A program made the position numbers and the translations under genes. Below the pieces are notes generated by a model. That model saw nothing but the letters and a program-made list of their open reading frames with translations. It did not search any database and had not been told where the DNA came from. A stretch of 64,000 nt of DNA from Methanomassiliicoccaceae archaeon. GTDB lineage: Archaea; Thermoplasmatota; Thermoplasmata; Methanomassiliicoccales; UBA472. Where the stretch lies: contig CAVVVD010000008.1 in NCBI GenBank assembly GCA_963751645.1, positions 13,480 through 77,479 of the forward strand, given 5' to 3'. The stretch's first letter is position 1. Every line of letters begins with the position of its first letter. Below, in pieces: positions 56,330 to 64,000 of this stretch.

Positions 56330-56881
56330 ATGCCATTGTGTCAAGCATGCGGGAGGGACATCACTGGGGACATGCTCTTCTGTCCCTATTGCGGGACCAA
56401 GAGGGTCGTGGACGTGACCGGCATTCCGCTTGAGGCCGAGGCGGAGAAGATCCTTGGGACCATACCGAACGTCCTAATGAGCTCAGATGCGAGGGGGGAT
56501 GGCAGGTTCACGGTCCTGGTCACCGACCATCGTCTGATATTTGCACGCATGACGGAGAGTGACCTCCGGTCCGTCCAACCTTCTAGGGGCCTCGGAGGAC
56601 TGGCGGCGCTCAGCCGAAGCGACCCGGATCGCGGGGCAGGAGCACCATATGCGGACAAGTACAATGAGATGAGCCTGTCGGATGTGCTAGCGGAGACATC
56701 GGGCAACTTCTCCCTGAGGAACCGGGAGGTCCTATCGGTGGACCTGACCAGCGATGAGGATGGTGCCACTTACGTGATGAGGTTCCATTCATTGTCGGAG
56801 GAATTCGTGCTCACCATGAGCGCACAGCACGACAATCGCGACCTATTGATTGGCGTGTTCGGTGAAAGGGTGCGATGGTAG
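56330..56881 (+). CDS. Zinc-ribbon + PH-like domain hypothetical protein
   Basis: MPLCQACGRDITGDMLFCPYCG ribbon. GRFTVLVTDHRLIFARM resembles bacterial PH/GRAM-like domains. The track ORF begins at 56303. Confidence 0.45.
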   Translation: MPLCQACGRDITGDMLFCPYCGTKRVVDVTGIPLEAEAEKILGTIPNVLMSSDARGDGRFTVLVTDHRLIFARMTESDLRSVQPSRGLGGLAALSRSDPDRGAGAPYADKYNEMSLSDVLAETSGNFSLRNREVLSVDLTSDEDGATYVMRFHSLSEEFVLTMSAQHDNRDLLIGVFGERVRW

Positions 56882-56947
56882 TCCTATGCATCAATAAAAC
56901 AAATAGATCTGGCTTCGTTCTTTTGGATTGGGATAATTTCCCATCGT

Positions 56948-57232
56948 TCAGAACTTGCTCTTCCTCTTCAGGTCCGCCTTGTTGATAAGCTCCTTGATCT
57001 CCACGATGCTAGGGATCCTTCCCTGTGACACGATCTCTCCATCGATGATGACCGCGGGATTGGCCATAACGCCCCTTTCCTTAAGTTCGAAGAGGTCCTG
57101 TTTCTTCTCGACCTCAACATCGATATCGGGTAGCTCGGCCACCGCTGTGATGACCACCTGCTCGGCCCGCCTGCACTTTGCGCATGAGACCGCGAAGACC
57201 TCTACTTTGACCGGACCTTTATCTTCCGCCAT
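56948..57232 (-). CDS. Thioredoxin-fold protein (MTH895/redox-active disulfide protein 2-like)
   Basis: 94 aa. VEVFAVSCAKCRRAE (CxxC) and ANPAVIIDGEIV are typical of the family. Confidence 0.7.
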   Translation of the reverse strand: MAEDKGPVKVEVFAVSCAKCRRAEQVVITAVAELPDIDVEVEKKQDLFELKERGVMANPAVIIDGEIVSQGRIPSIVEIKELINKADLKRKSKF

Positions 57233-57317
57233 GGTCTATAACATGAGAGGAGGGGGTATATTAGGTTGATAAAAAACCAAGGGGAGAAATCGTTTCGTCG
57301 ATCTTTTTCTTCTCATC

Positions 57318-58406
57318 CTAATCCTCCGTCCACTTGGAGATGTATGCTCCGATGATGACGAAGACCGCTGCCAATAAGGCGATCACCTCCAGGTTGAATA
57401 GGGCCCCAGAGGTGTTCCCGAAGACCATGGTGTCCCTGAGCCCATTGTTGACATATGTCAGAGGGAGCACCTTTGCGATCTGCTGAAGGTAGTCCGGCAT
57501 CTGCTCCAGTGGGAAGAACGACCCAGAGAGGAACATCATGGGGAACGTTATCGCCGATGCGGCCGCGTTCGCGGTCTCCTCATCCTTGGCGAAGCGAGAT
57601 ATCATCATGCCCAGCCCGGTGAACATGATCCCTCCCAGAATGATGATGAGGATGGAGAGCCAGGTCAAGGTGAGATGGGCATCGAAGAATGCGATGCCCA
57701 CGATCAGCATCGCCGCCAATGACATGAAGACCACCACCAATTGCCACAATGCCCGGGATATCAACCATTCCATCCTGGTCATGGGGGTGGTGGACAGTTT
57801 CCGGAAGATGCCAGTGGCGAAATAGTTGCTCTGTACCCCTTGCATGTAGAGCGTACAGGTGGTCATGATCGTTAATCCAATGACGCCAGGGAGGAAGAAA
57901 TCGATATCGCTTATGTTCTCCGCCACAATGGGCGTGTAGATGGTCACGATATACTCCTTGCCGCCAGAGAGCTGGAGGTTGTATTGGTTGACCACGGATG
58001 TGACGACGCTGGCGATGATTCCAGAAGAACCAGATGTCTGGTCCAGCCGTAACTCGACGAAGGCCGTCTGATTTGACGCCAGGTTCTGGGTGAAGTTCGA
58101 AGGGACGATCATGATCCCGGTCAGGGAGTTATCCTGGACATAATCGGAGGCCGAGATGTCGGTGGGGACCATGTGAATGTTGAGGACCCCGGTTTGGTTG
58201 AGCGAATCGATGAACTGCACGGAGGCCGGTCCATCGTCCAGGTTCTGCACGTAGAGGTCGTATTCGCTCTGACCGGTGGAGCTGAAGATGGCACCAAATA
58301 TGAATATCAACAGGACGGGGAAGGCCAGCGTCCAAAAGATCGCCCCTTTGTTACGGAAGAACATCTTCGCTGTGGCGACGAAGTCTATCAGGATACGGCT
58401 CTTCAT
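57318..58406 (-). CDS. ABC-2 type transporter permease
   Basis: 362 aa. An N-terminal TM helix and a large external loop are followed by five TM helices. The start overlaps (ATGA) the out-of-frame tail of the ATPase gene. Confidence 0.8.
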   Translation of the reverse strand: MKSRILIDFVATAKMFFRNKGAIFWTLAFPVLLIFIFGAIFSSTGQSEYDLYVQNLDDGPASVQFIDSLNQTGVLNIHMVPTDISASDYVQDNSLTGIMIVPSNFTQNLASNQTAFVELRLDQTSGSSGIIASVVTSVVNQYNLQLSGGKEYIVTIYTPIVAENISDIDFFLPGVIGLTIMTTCTLYMQGVQSNYFATGIFRKLSTTPMTRMEWLISRALWQLVVVFMSLAAMLIVGIAFFDAHLTLTWLSILIIILGGIMFTGLGMMISRFAKDEETANAAASAITFPMMFLSGSFFPLEQMPDYLQQIAKVLPLTYVNNGLRDTMVFGNTSGALFNLEVIALLAAVFVIIGAYISKWTED

Positions 58407-58523
58407 TTACCCCACCTCTTCCTTTTCTTTGGGGCCGTCTCCTCCAATTCCTCCTCCGCAATGCGCTTGCCAGTCAACTTGAGGAAGACGTCCTCCAGGG
58501 TGGAACGCTTCAACTGGATCTCA

Positions 58524-59363
58524 TCATAGAAGATCTTCCTGATCATCAAGAATGCGCACTACCTTTGGTAGGCTGGACCGGTCCTCGAGCTTGCACTGCA
58601 CGTCCCCATCGGTCCGTTCCGCATTGAACCCATTCTCTACCAGGGCCTTGAGGACATCGTCATTACCTCCCTTCACGATGCAGAGGTTACCGCTGCCGTG
58701 CTGCTGAATGATCGTCTTGGGGGCGTCATACGCTATGAAGCGACCGTTGTCCATGATGGCCAGTCGGTCAGAGAGGACCTCCGCCTCCTCCATGTAATGG
58801 GTAGTGAGGATGACGGTCTTGCCTTTGGCCTTCAGACTCCGGACGACCTCCCAGACCTCACGCCGTGCCTTGGGGTCCAGTCCAGTGGTCGGTTCGTCCA
58901 GGAAGATGACCTCTGGGTCGTTGACCATCGCGATGGCCACCCCCACCCTCTGCTTCAACCCGCCCGACAGGTTCTTGAATAGCTCATCCCTCTTGGAATT
59001 GAGGTTGACCGCGTCCAACAGTTCTTGGGTGGGGATGGAGCGGTCGAACATCCCGCCATAATACTCGATGTTCTCCTTGACTGTCAGTCGATCGTAGGTG
59101 TTGAAATCCTGTGGTAATATGCCGACCTTCCTCTTGATATCCTTCGACCTTGTGCGGACGTCATAACCGAGCACGCTCACCTGCCCGGAGGTCGGTTTTC
59201 GAAGGCACTCCATGATCTCGACGGTGGTGGTCTTCCCTGCCCCATTGGGACCAAGGATGGAGAAGACCTCGCCCCTGAGGACGTTGAAGCTCACCCGGTC
59301 AACCGCGATGAGATCATCATATCTCTTGGTCAGGTCGTTGACTTCAATGACGCTCTCAGGCAT
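58524..59363 (-). CDS. ABC transporter ATP-binding protein (C-terminal ~40 codons displaced into another frame)
   Basis: Walker A GPNGAGKTT, signature LSGGLKQR, Walker B IFLDEPTTGLD. The expected C-terminus EIQLKRSTLEDVFLKLTGKRI... is readable at 58403-58520 in a different frame. Confidence 0.8.
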   Translation of the reverse strand: MPESVIEVNDLTKRYDDLIAVDRVSFNVLRGEVFSILGPNGAGKTTTVEIMECLRKPTSGQVSVLGYDVRTRSKDIKRKVGILPQDFNTYDRLTVKENIEYYGGMFDRSIPTQELLDAVNLNSKRDELFKNLSGGLKQRVGVAIAMVNDPEVIFLDEPTTGLDPKARREVWEVVRSLKAKGKTVILTTHYMEEAEVLSDRLAIMDNGRFIAYDAPKTIIQQHGSGNLCIVKGGNDDVLKALVENGFNAERTDGDVQCKLEDRSSLPKVVRILDDQEDLL

Positions 59364-59552
59364 TGAGATACCTCAAGGTGAATCATCTGTGGGATATAAA
59401 AACGGCCCGAATCGTCAGAGATTACCTGCATGATCTGGGCGATCGAATTCATTTTCTGCATGTATTGACCATTGCGTCCATATCTTGCATTGGAAATTAT
59501 GTTCTAGAAGCATTTCATTACAAATTATAAACCGAGACCGATATTCGCTCCT

Positions 59553-60188
59553 GTGGAAAAGGGAATGCTGACCCTTAGGCAGCGAAAGGGGACCTGGGAT
59601 GATGAATATGATAACAAAGGCACCTTGTGGCGCGGTGTCCCAGATCTGGATATTAAGTTTGAATCTGGCCAGAAGGTCCTGGAGCTCGGTTGTGGAAATG
59701 GTAAGACCCTGGCCGTCCTCTCATCCCATGATATAGAGGTGGTGGGGATCGATTTCTCGATCTCCAGTCTACGACTTTGCCAACGACATGGATCGACCAA
59801 CGTGGATCTGGTACAGGCCAATGCGGTCGATCTTCCATTCAAGGATGGATCGTTCCATGTCGTGCTTTGCCACCATATGTTAGAGCACCTCTACCATGAG
59901 GAACGGAGGAAGGCCGCCGAGGAGATCACCAGAGTGCTGTGCCCGAATGGATCGTTGCATTTCCAGGCGTTCTCTGTCCTGGACATGAGATATGGAAGGG
60001 GTCAAACATTGGAGGAGAACACCTTCTCTCGAGGAGATGGCATCATCTACCATTATTTCCAGGATGATGAGATCATCGAACTGTTCCCCGCACTCCACCT
60101 GATATCGTGTCATCATAGGTCCATAAAGAAACGATATGATGGGATCGAGACGATAAGGGACAGATTGTCCGCCACCTTAAGAAAATGA
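59553..60188 (+). CDS. Class I SAM-dependent methyltransferase
   Basis: 211 aa. Motif I VLELGCGNGK, followed by VGIDFS and DGSFHVVLC. Confidence 0.8.
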   Translation: MEKGMLTLRQRKGTWDDEYDNKGTLWRGVPDLDIKFESGQKVLELGCGNGKTLAVLSSHDIEVVGIDFSISSLRLCQRHGSTNVDLVQANAVDLPFKDGSFHVVLCHHMLEHLYHEERRKAAEEITRVLCPNGSLHFQAFSVLDMRYGRGQTLEENTFSRGDGIIYHYFQDDEIIELFPALHLISCHHRSIKKRYDGIETIRDRLSATLRK

Positions 60189-60194
60189 TATTTC

Positions 60195-61988
60195 TCACTT
60201 CCGCACCTTCTTCAGCTCGGTCCCGGAGACCTTCTTCAGCTTCCCCGCTTCCATGGCCCATCTGAAACGCTCCAGCTCGCTAGGGGCAACAGCCACCTTG
60301 TCGCCGACGTTGAACTTCGTCTTGGTGTTCCAATCGGTGAACCCGGATACCACCTTGTAGACGCCCGCCTGCTCCACCGATACGGTGGTCTCCTTCATCT
60401 TCTGCTTGAACTGCGAGTATGTACCAGGGTATACCGTGATCTTCCCGTCGCGCATCTCTCCCACCATGTTGCACACGGTGTTCATAAGGTAACGATCGTG
60501 GGTGATGATCAACAAGGTACCCTTGTAGTCCATTAGGGCCCCTTCCACCGCCTGCCTGGCCTGGATATCTAGGTAATTGGTGGGCTCGTCGAGCAGCAGC
60601 AGGTTCCTCCTTTCCGCCAGAAGCATGGCCAGGGCCACCCGGGCCCTCTCCCCGCCCGACAGTGTCGAGATCGGCCTTTGCACCTCAGGGCCCCTGAGGA
60701 AGAAACGGGCCAACAGTTTGCGCGCCTCCACTCGGGAATCGTGGCCAAGGGTCTCAAGCAGATGGTCCTCGGCGGTGAGCTCGGGATTCAGCTGGTCATG
60801 GCCTTGACCGAAATAGCCTATCGCCGCCCCGGGAGCGAGCCAGAGCTCCCCATGGAACGGAAGTTCTCCCATGATCGTCTTCATCAATGTGGTCTTGCCG
60901 GAGCCGTTCGCCCCAAAGATCCCCAGCTTGTCCCCGACCTCGATCTCCAGGTCGAGATGTTGCAGGACGGTCCTATCCCCTCGCCTCACGCTCAAGGCCT
61001 TGGCGGTGATGACGTTCTTTCCGGAGCGCTCCTTGGACTCCACCTTGAAGTTGAGCTCTGGCCTCTTCTTAGGGGGCTCGACCTCCTCCAAACGCTCCAC
61101 CATCTTCATTCGCGTCTTGTGCTTGGACTTGTACCATTCCTTCTGGTGCATCTCCACAGCGCTCTCTTCCAGACGTTCCTTCTCCGTCTCGTACTTCTCC
61201 GCGGCGATGCGACGGCGCTCGATCTCGAGACGCTTCTTCGCCACATAGTCCGTGTAATTCCCTTTGAACTGGCGGGCGACCCCGTCCTCGAGCTCGAGGA
61301 CATGCGTGATCGTCCTATCGAGGAAGTATCGGTCATGTGATACGACCACTACCGCTCCTGGGAATTGGAGCAGGAAGTCCTCCAGCCATTCGATGGCCGC
61401 CATGTCCAAGTGGCTCGTGGGCTCGTCCAGCACCAACAGGTCCGCCTCATCCGCCTTCATGAGGACTCGGGCCAGCATCACCTTCGTCCGTTCCCCTCCG
61501 CTGAGCTCGCTCACCCTCTTCTCCAGCTTATCGTCCGGAAGGCCCACTCTGGCCAATGCTTCCTTGACGAGCGTCTCATCCTCGAAGGCGTCGGAGTTGT
61601 TGAACTCCTCCTGGAGACCTGCATACTCCATGGCCACCTGGTCCATGTCCACATCGGGACCGGGTCGAAGCATCATCTCTTCCAGCTCCCTCATCCGCTT
61701 ACCGATGGTACTGGACGTCTGGACGCAGCTGCTCACGGAGTCCACGACGTTCTCCTCCGGATCGTACTGGGGGAACTGGGAGAGATAGCAGATGCGCTCG
61801 GTCCTGCGCACTATCTCGCCGATGTCCGGGGCGATCTCGCCCATCAGTACCCTCAGAAGTGTGGATTTCCCCACCCCATTGGGCCCGACTATCGCCACAC
61901 GGTCCCTCTCGTCGATCTGGAAGGTGATCTCCTTCAACACCTCCTTAGGTCCGAATGACTTACTGACCGCCCAGGCCCGGATGAGCAT
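60195..61988 (-). CDS. ABC-F family ATPase (two ABC cassettes, charged inter-domain linker)
   Basis: Walker A GPNGVGKST and GANGSGKTT. Signatures LSGGERTK and LSGGERAR. No TM domain. Lys/Glu/Arg-rich linker (KRLEIERRRIAAEKYETEKERLEE...). The start is taken at MLIRAW (61988); the track ORF begins at 62063. Confidence 0.85.
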   Translation of the reverse strand: MLIRAWAVSKSFGPKEVLKEITFQIDERDRVAIVGPNGVGKSTLLRVLMGEIAPDIGEIVRRTERICYLSQFPQYDPEENVVDSVSSCVQTSSTIGKRMRELEEMMLRPGPDVDMDQVAMEYAGLQEEFNNSDAFEDETLVKEALARVGLPDDKLEKRVSELSGGERTKVMLARVLMKADEADLLVLDEPTSHLDMAAIEWLEDFLLQFPGAVVVVSHDRYFLDRTITHVLELEDGVARQFKGNYTDYVAKKRLEIERRRIAAEKYETEKERLEESAVEMHQKEWYKSKHKTRMKMVERLEEVEPPKKRPELNFKVESKERSGKNVITAKALSVRRGDRTVLQHLDLEIEVGDKLGIFGANGSGKTTLMKTIMGELPFHGELWLAPGAAIGYFGQGHDQLNPELTAEDHLLETLGHDSRVEARKLLARFFLRGPEVQRPISTLSGGERARVALAMLLAERRNLLLLDEPTNYLDIQARQAVEGALMDYKGTLLIITHDRYLMNTVCNMVGEMRDGKITVYPGTYSQFKQKMKETTVSVEQAGVYKVVSGFTDWNTKTKFNVGDKVAVAPSELERFRWAMEAGKLKKVSGTELKKVRK

Positions 61989-62051
61989 GAGGCACGAATC
62001 GCCGTCAGGGATATAGCCTTTGTTCGTGGGATACCTCGAAGTCCTGGTCCG

Positions 62052-62477
62052 ATGGTCCCTCACGATTTCAGGGGGACTTTCATACAGAATAAGGATCTAA
62101 AGGTCGAGCAGGAAGAGACGAAGAGGAAGGTCAAGGAGAATCTGGAAAGGATCGAACATCACTATGGGCTGCCATTCATCCCATCCACTATCGCCGAGAG
62201 GCCTGAGCTCTTCCTCAGTTACGCGGACCTCACCAGGCAACTGCTCTTCGAGCCGAGGCATCTGGACAACAAGACGATGGAACAGGCGGTACTGGCCGCG
62301 GGCACCGCACTGGGTGCGGACCATTGTCTTGACGTTCATCTCCGACAGACGAGCAAAGATGGGGCCTCTGACGAGGAGATGTTCGAGGCCATCATGATAG
62401 GTTCCGTCATGGCTATGACCAGTTGCCAAGCCTCCGCCCTGTGGCGCTTCAAGGACTTCCAGGAAAGTCGTCACTGA
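62052..62477 (+). CDS. Carboxymuconolactone decarboxylase (AhpD-like) family protein
   Basis: 141 aa. Helical, with ...LGADHCLDVHL... resembling the CMD-family C-x-x-H region. The start is uncertain. Confidence 0.55.
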   Translation: MVPHDFRGTFIQNKDLKVEQEETKRKVKENLERIEHHYGLPFIPSTIAERPELFLSYADLTRQLLFEPRHLDNKTMEQAVLAAGTALGADHCLDVHLRQTSKDGASDEEMFEAIMIGSVMAMTSCQASALWRFKDFQESRH

Positions 62478-62485
62478 GACGTTAA

Positions 62486-63178
62486 TCAAAGATGCATCTG
62501 GACCGTGCGGGCACCTTGCTCCACCGGCCTGATCAGATCTGGCCCCTCCACCCCTGGGTTGCGCACCATCTTGGCGACCTGATGGGCCACGAGCTCCTCC
62601 GAGGGATAGGGGGCAAGCATCCTTCTCACAATGCCTGTGTCCAATGCCTTACGTTGCATCCAAATGTCCTCATCATCCGGCCGGACGATGACCGGCATGC
62701 GATCATGTATGGGTTTCATCAGCTCGTTGGCGGCGGTGGTGATGATGGTGAAGGAAGAGATGACCAGCCCCTCTGGGGAGCGCCATTGGTCATAAAGCCC
62801 GGCGAAGCCTAGGTAATCACCTTGCTTGGAACTGATGTAAAATGGGACCTTCCCCTCATCGGTGGTCATCCATTCATAGAAACCAGTCGCGGGCACCAGG
62901 CATCGATGGTCCCCGATTAGCCTTTTGAACATCGGCTTCTCCATGACCGACTCGGAACGTGCGTTGATCAACTTCAGACCGGTCCGCTCGGCCTTGGACC
63001 AGGACGGGATCAGGCCCCAATGCATCATCTCCAGTCGGTTCGGGCTATCGCGAAGGACTATCGGGACGTCCTGGGAGGGGGCGATGTTGAACCTAGGCGT
63101 GACCTTGACGTCGTTTACCCCGACGCGGAATCGGGCATGGAAGCCATCGGTGAAGGCGATGACGAAACGTCCGCACAT
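62486..63178 (-). CDS. SOS response-associated peptidase (SRAP/YedK-like abasic-site processing protein)
   Basis: 230 aa. N-terminal MCGRF with catalytic Cys2, plus NIAPSQ, MHWGLIPSW and GFYEW motifs. Confidence 0.85.
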   Translation of the reverse strand: MCGRFVIAFTDGFHARFRVGVNDVKVTPRFNIAPSQDVPIVLRDSPNRLEMMHWGLIPSWSKAERTGLKLINARSESVMEKPMFKRLIGDHRCLVPATGFYEWMTTDEGKVPFYISSKQGDYLGFAGLYDQWRSPEGLVISSFTIITTAANELMKPIHDRMPVIVRPDDEDIWMQRKALDTGIVRRMLAPYPSEELVAHQVAKMVRNPGVEGPDLIRPVEQGARTVQMHL

Positions 63179-63296
63179 CGGATTTCAATCTGTGCCCCGG
63201 ACATTTATCCTTTACTGAACTCTTTGGACCTCTCGCGAGAAAGATTAAAGGAATGATGATGGCTATGACCGTCCCAGAGAAAGGGAAGGACGAGAG

Positions 63297-63791
63297 ATGG
63301 CCGTGCAGAGGAAGGATCACGAGAATGTTGCTACCTCATCGGATATCGTTGCAAAGGACCGTCATCTGGCCCTATCACCGGAACAACTAGGACCAGGCTG
63401 GAGGGACATCGTCCCTGACAAAATGTCCATAAGCGAGGATCTGAAGCCGGTCTATCGGGAGATCAAGGCATACTCTTTGGAGGAGTTCGATGAGCGCCGT
63501 GCCCAGTTACTGACCATCCTCTTCGAGTTCTCTGACCGGGAGGAGGCGCGACGGGTGTTCCAGCAGGTCGGAGATGGTCTTGAGTCGGACGTCCCGAAAC
63601 GCCCAGATATCGGCGAGGGCAGCGTCATCTACGAGCTGGACATGCGGCCCATGGTCTTCATGAAGATCTTCTCGTCCCAAAAGGGAACATGGGTGACGAT
63701 ATTCACCCTCTGGCTCTTCAAGGACCTGGACCTGGACGATGGTTGGGTGACCAGGGTGATGCGCTCACAGATCCAACGGGTCTCACCCTGA
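63297..63791 (+). CDS. Hypothetical protein
   Basis: 164-aa ORF in a clean intergenic slot. No motif recognised. Confidence 0.35.
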   Translation: MAVQRKDHENVATSSDIVAKDRHLALSPEQLGPGWRDIVPDKMSISEDLKPVYREIKAYSLEEFDERRAQLLTILFEFSDREEARRVFQQVGDGLESDVPKRPDIGEGSVIYELDMRPMVFMKIFSSQKGTWVTIFTLWLFKDLDLDDGWVTRVMRSQIQRVSP

Positions 63792-63927
63792 TCTTGTCGT
63801 GATGATAAGCAGGAGCGTCTGAGACCCTCGACATCCCATTCGAGGTAGTGGTCGACGAAGGGCTCTTGTTACTCTAGATGTCTCGTCAGAAATCGAAGAG
63901 TAAAATCAAAAGCAAGGATTGACGGGC

Positions 63928-64000
63928 ATGGATGATTGGTTGGCCCTGGGCCTCGTCGCGGGATTGCTCACCACTGTCGGGTTCGTCCACCAACTGGTCA
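63928..64000 (+). CDS. Partial membrane protein (PQ-loop/SemiSWEET-like N-terminus?), continues past the window end
   Basis: MDDWLALGLVAGLLTTVGFVHQLV... is a hydrophobic helix followed by an xQ motif. Only 24 codons are visible. Confidence 0.25.
   Translation, partial: MDDWLALGLVAGLLTTVGFVHQLV

Noticed and set aside
1-64000. Scan for CRISPR arrays, rRNA genes, transposases, integrases, toxin-antitoxin pairs or recognisable defence systems
   Set aside because: I noticed no regularly spaced direct repeats, rRNA-like conserved blocks, DDE or tyrosine-recombinase motifs, or known defence gene signatures. This was a by-eye scan, so absence is not proof.

Overview
Archaeal chromosomal segment, moderately GC-rich and densely coded. 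The archaeal call rests on an Rpo7-Spt4-DUF359-S24e-S27ae operon, archaeal-type SAM synthetase, FEN1, deoxyhypusine synthase, aconitase-X type phosphomevalonate dehydratase and a type-A-like RNase P RNA. I see about 65 protein genes, 2 tRNAs (Leu-GAG, Arg-CCG) and one RNase P RNA, which lies in an apparently intergenic stretch covered by spurious ORFs. I found no rRNA, CRISPR array, transposase or integrase. Most of the window is housekeeping: nrdJ, paaK, msrA, dys, hppA, ileS, fen1, rpe, rnz, metK, hcp and ABC transporters. Observations worth following up: (1) IleRS carries a ~357-aa C-terminal extension of helix-hairpin-helix pairs, two zinc ribbons and a DUF835-like domain, and a stand-alone copy of that domain sits at 2778-3260. 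(2) A tight five-gene operon at 45960-49969 encodes a coiled-coil protein, an SPFH/band-7 protein with three C-terminal zinc ribbons, and three paralogous zinc-ribbon proteins. It resembles the bacterial ydjGHI membrane-stress module but is uncharacterised in archaea. (3) A P-loop-less RecA/KaiC-like protein is paired with a KaiC-like ATPase. (4) The aconitase-X small subunit is fused to a Nudix domain. (5) Frame-disrupted non-essential membrane and surface genes cluster at 50-59 kb (surface protein, LemA, TPM, DUF6159-like, SagB-like, ABC ATPase tail), with a doubly shifted MFS gene at 36 kb, while all long essential genes are intact. (6) An HTH-CBS regulator is divergent from metK. (7) An ABC-F ATPase occurs in an archaeal context. 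All calls come from reading the translations by eye. No searches were run, and frameshift positions are approximate.
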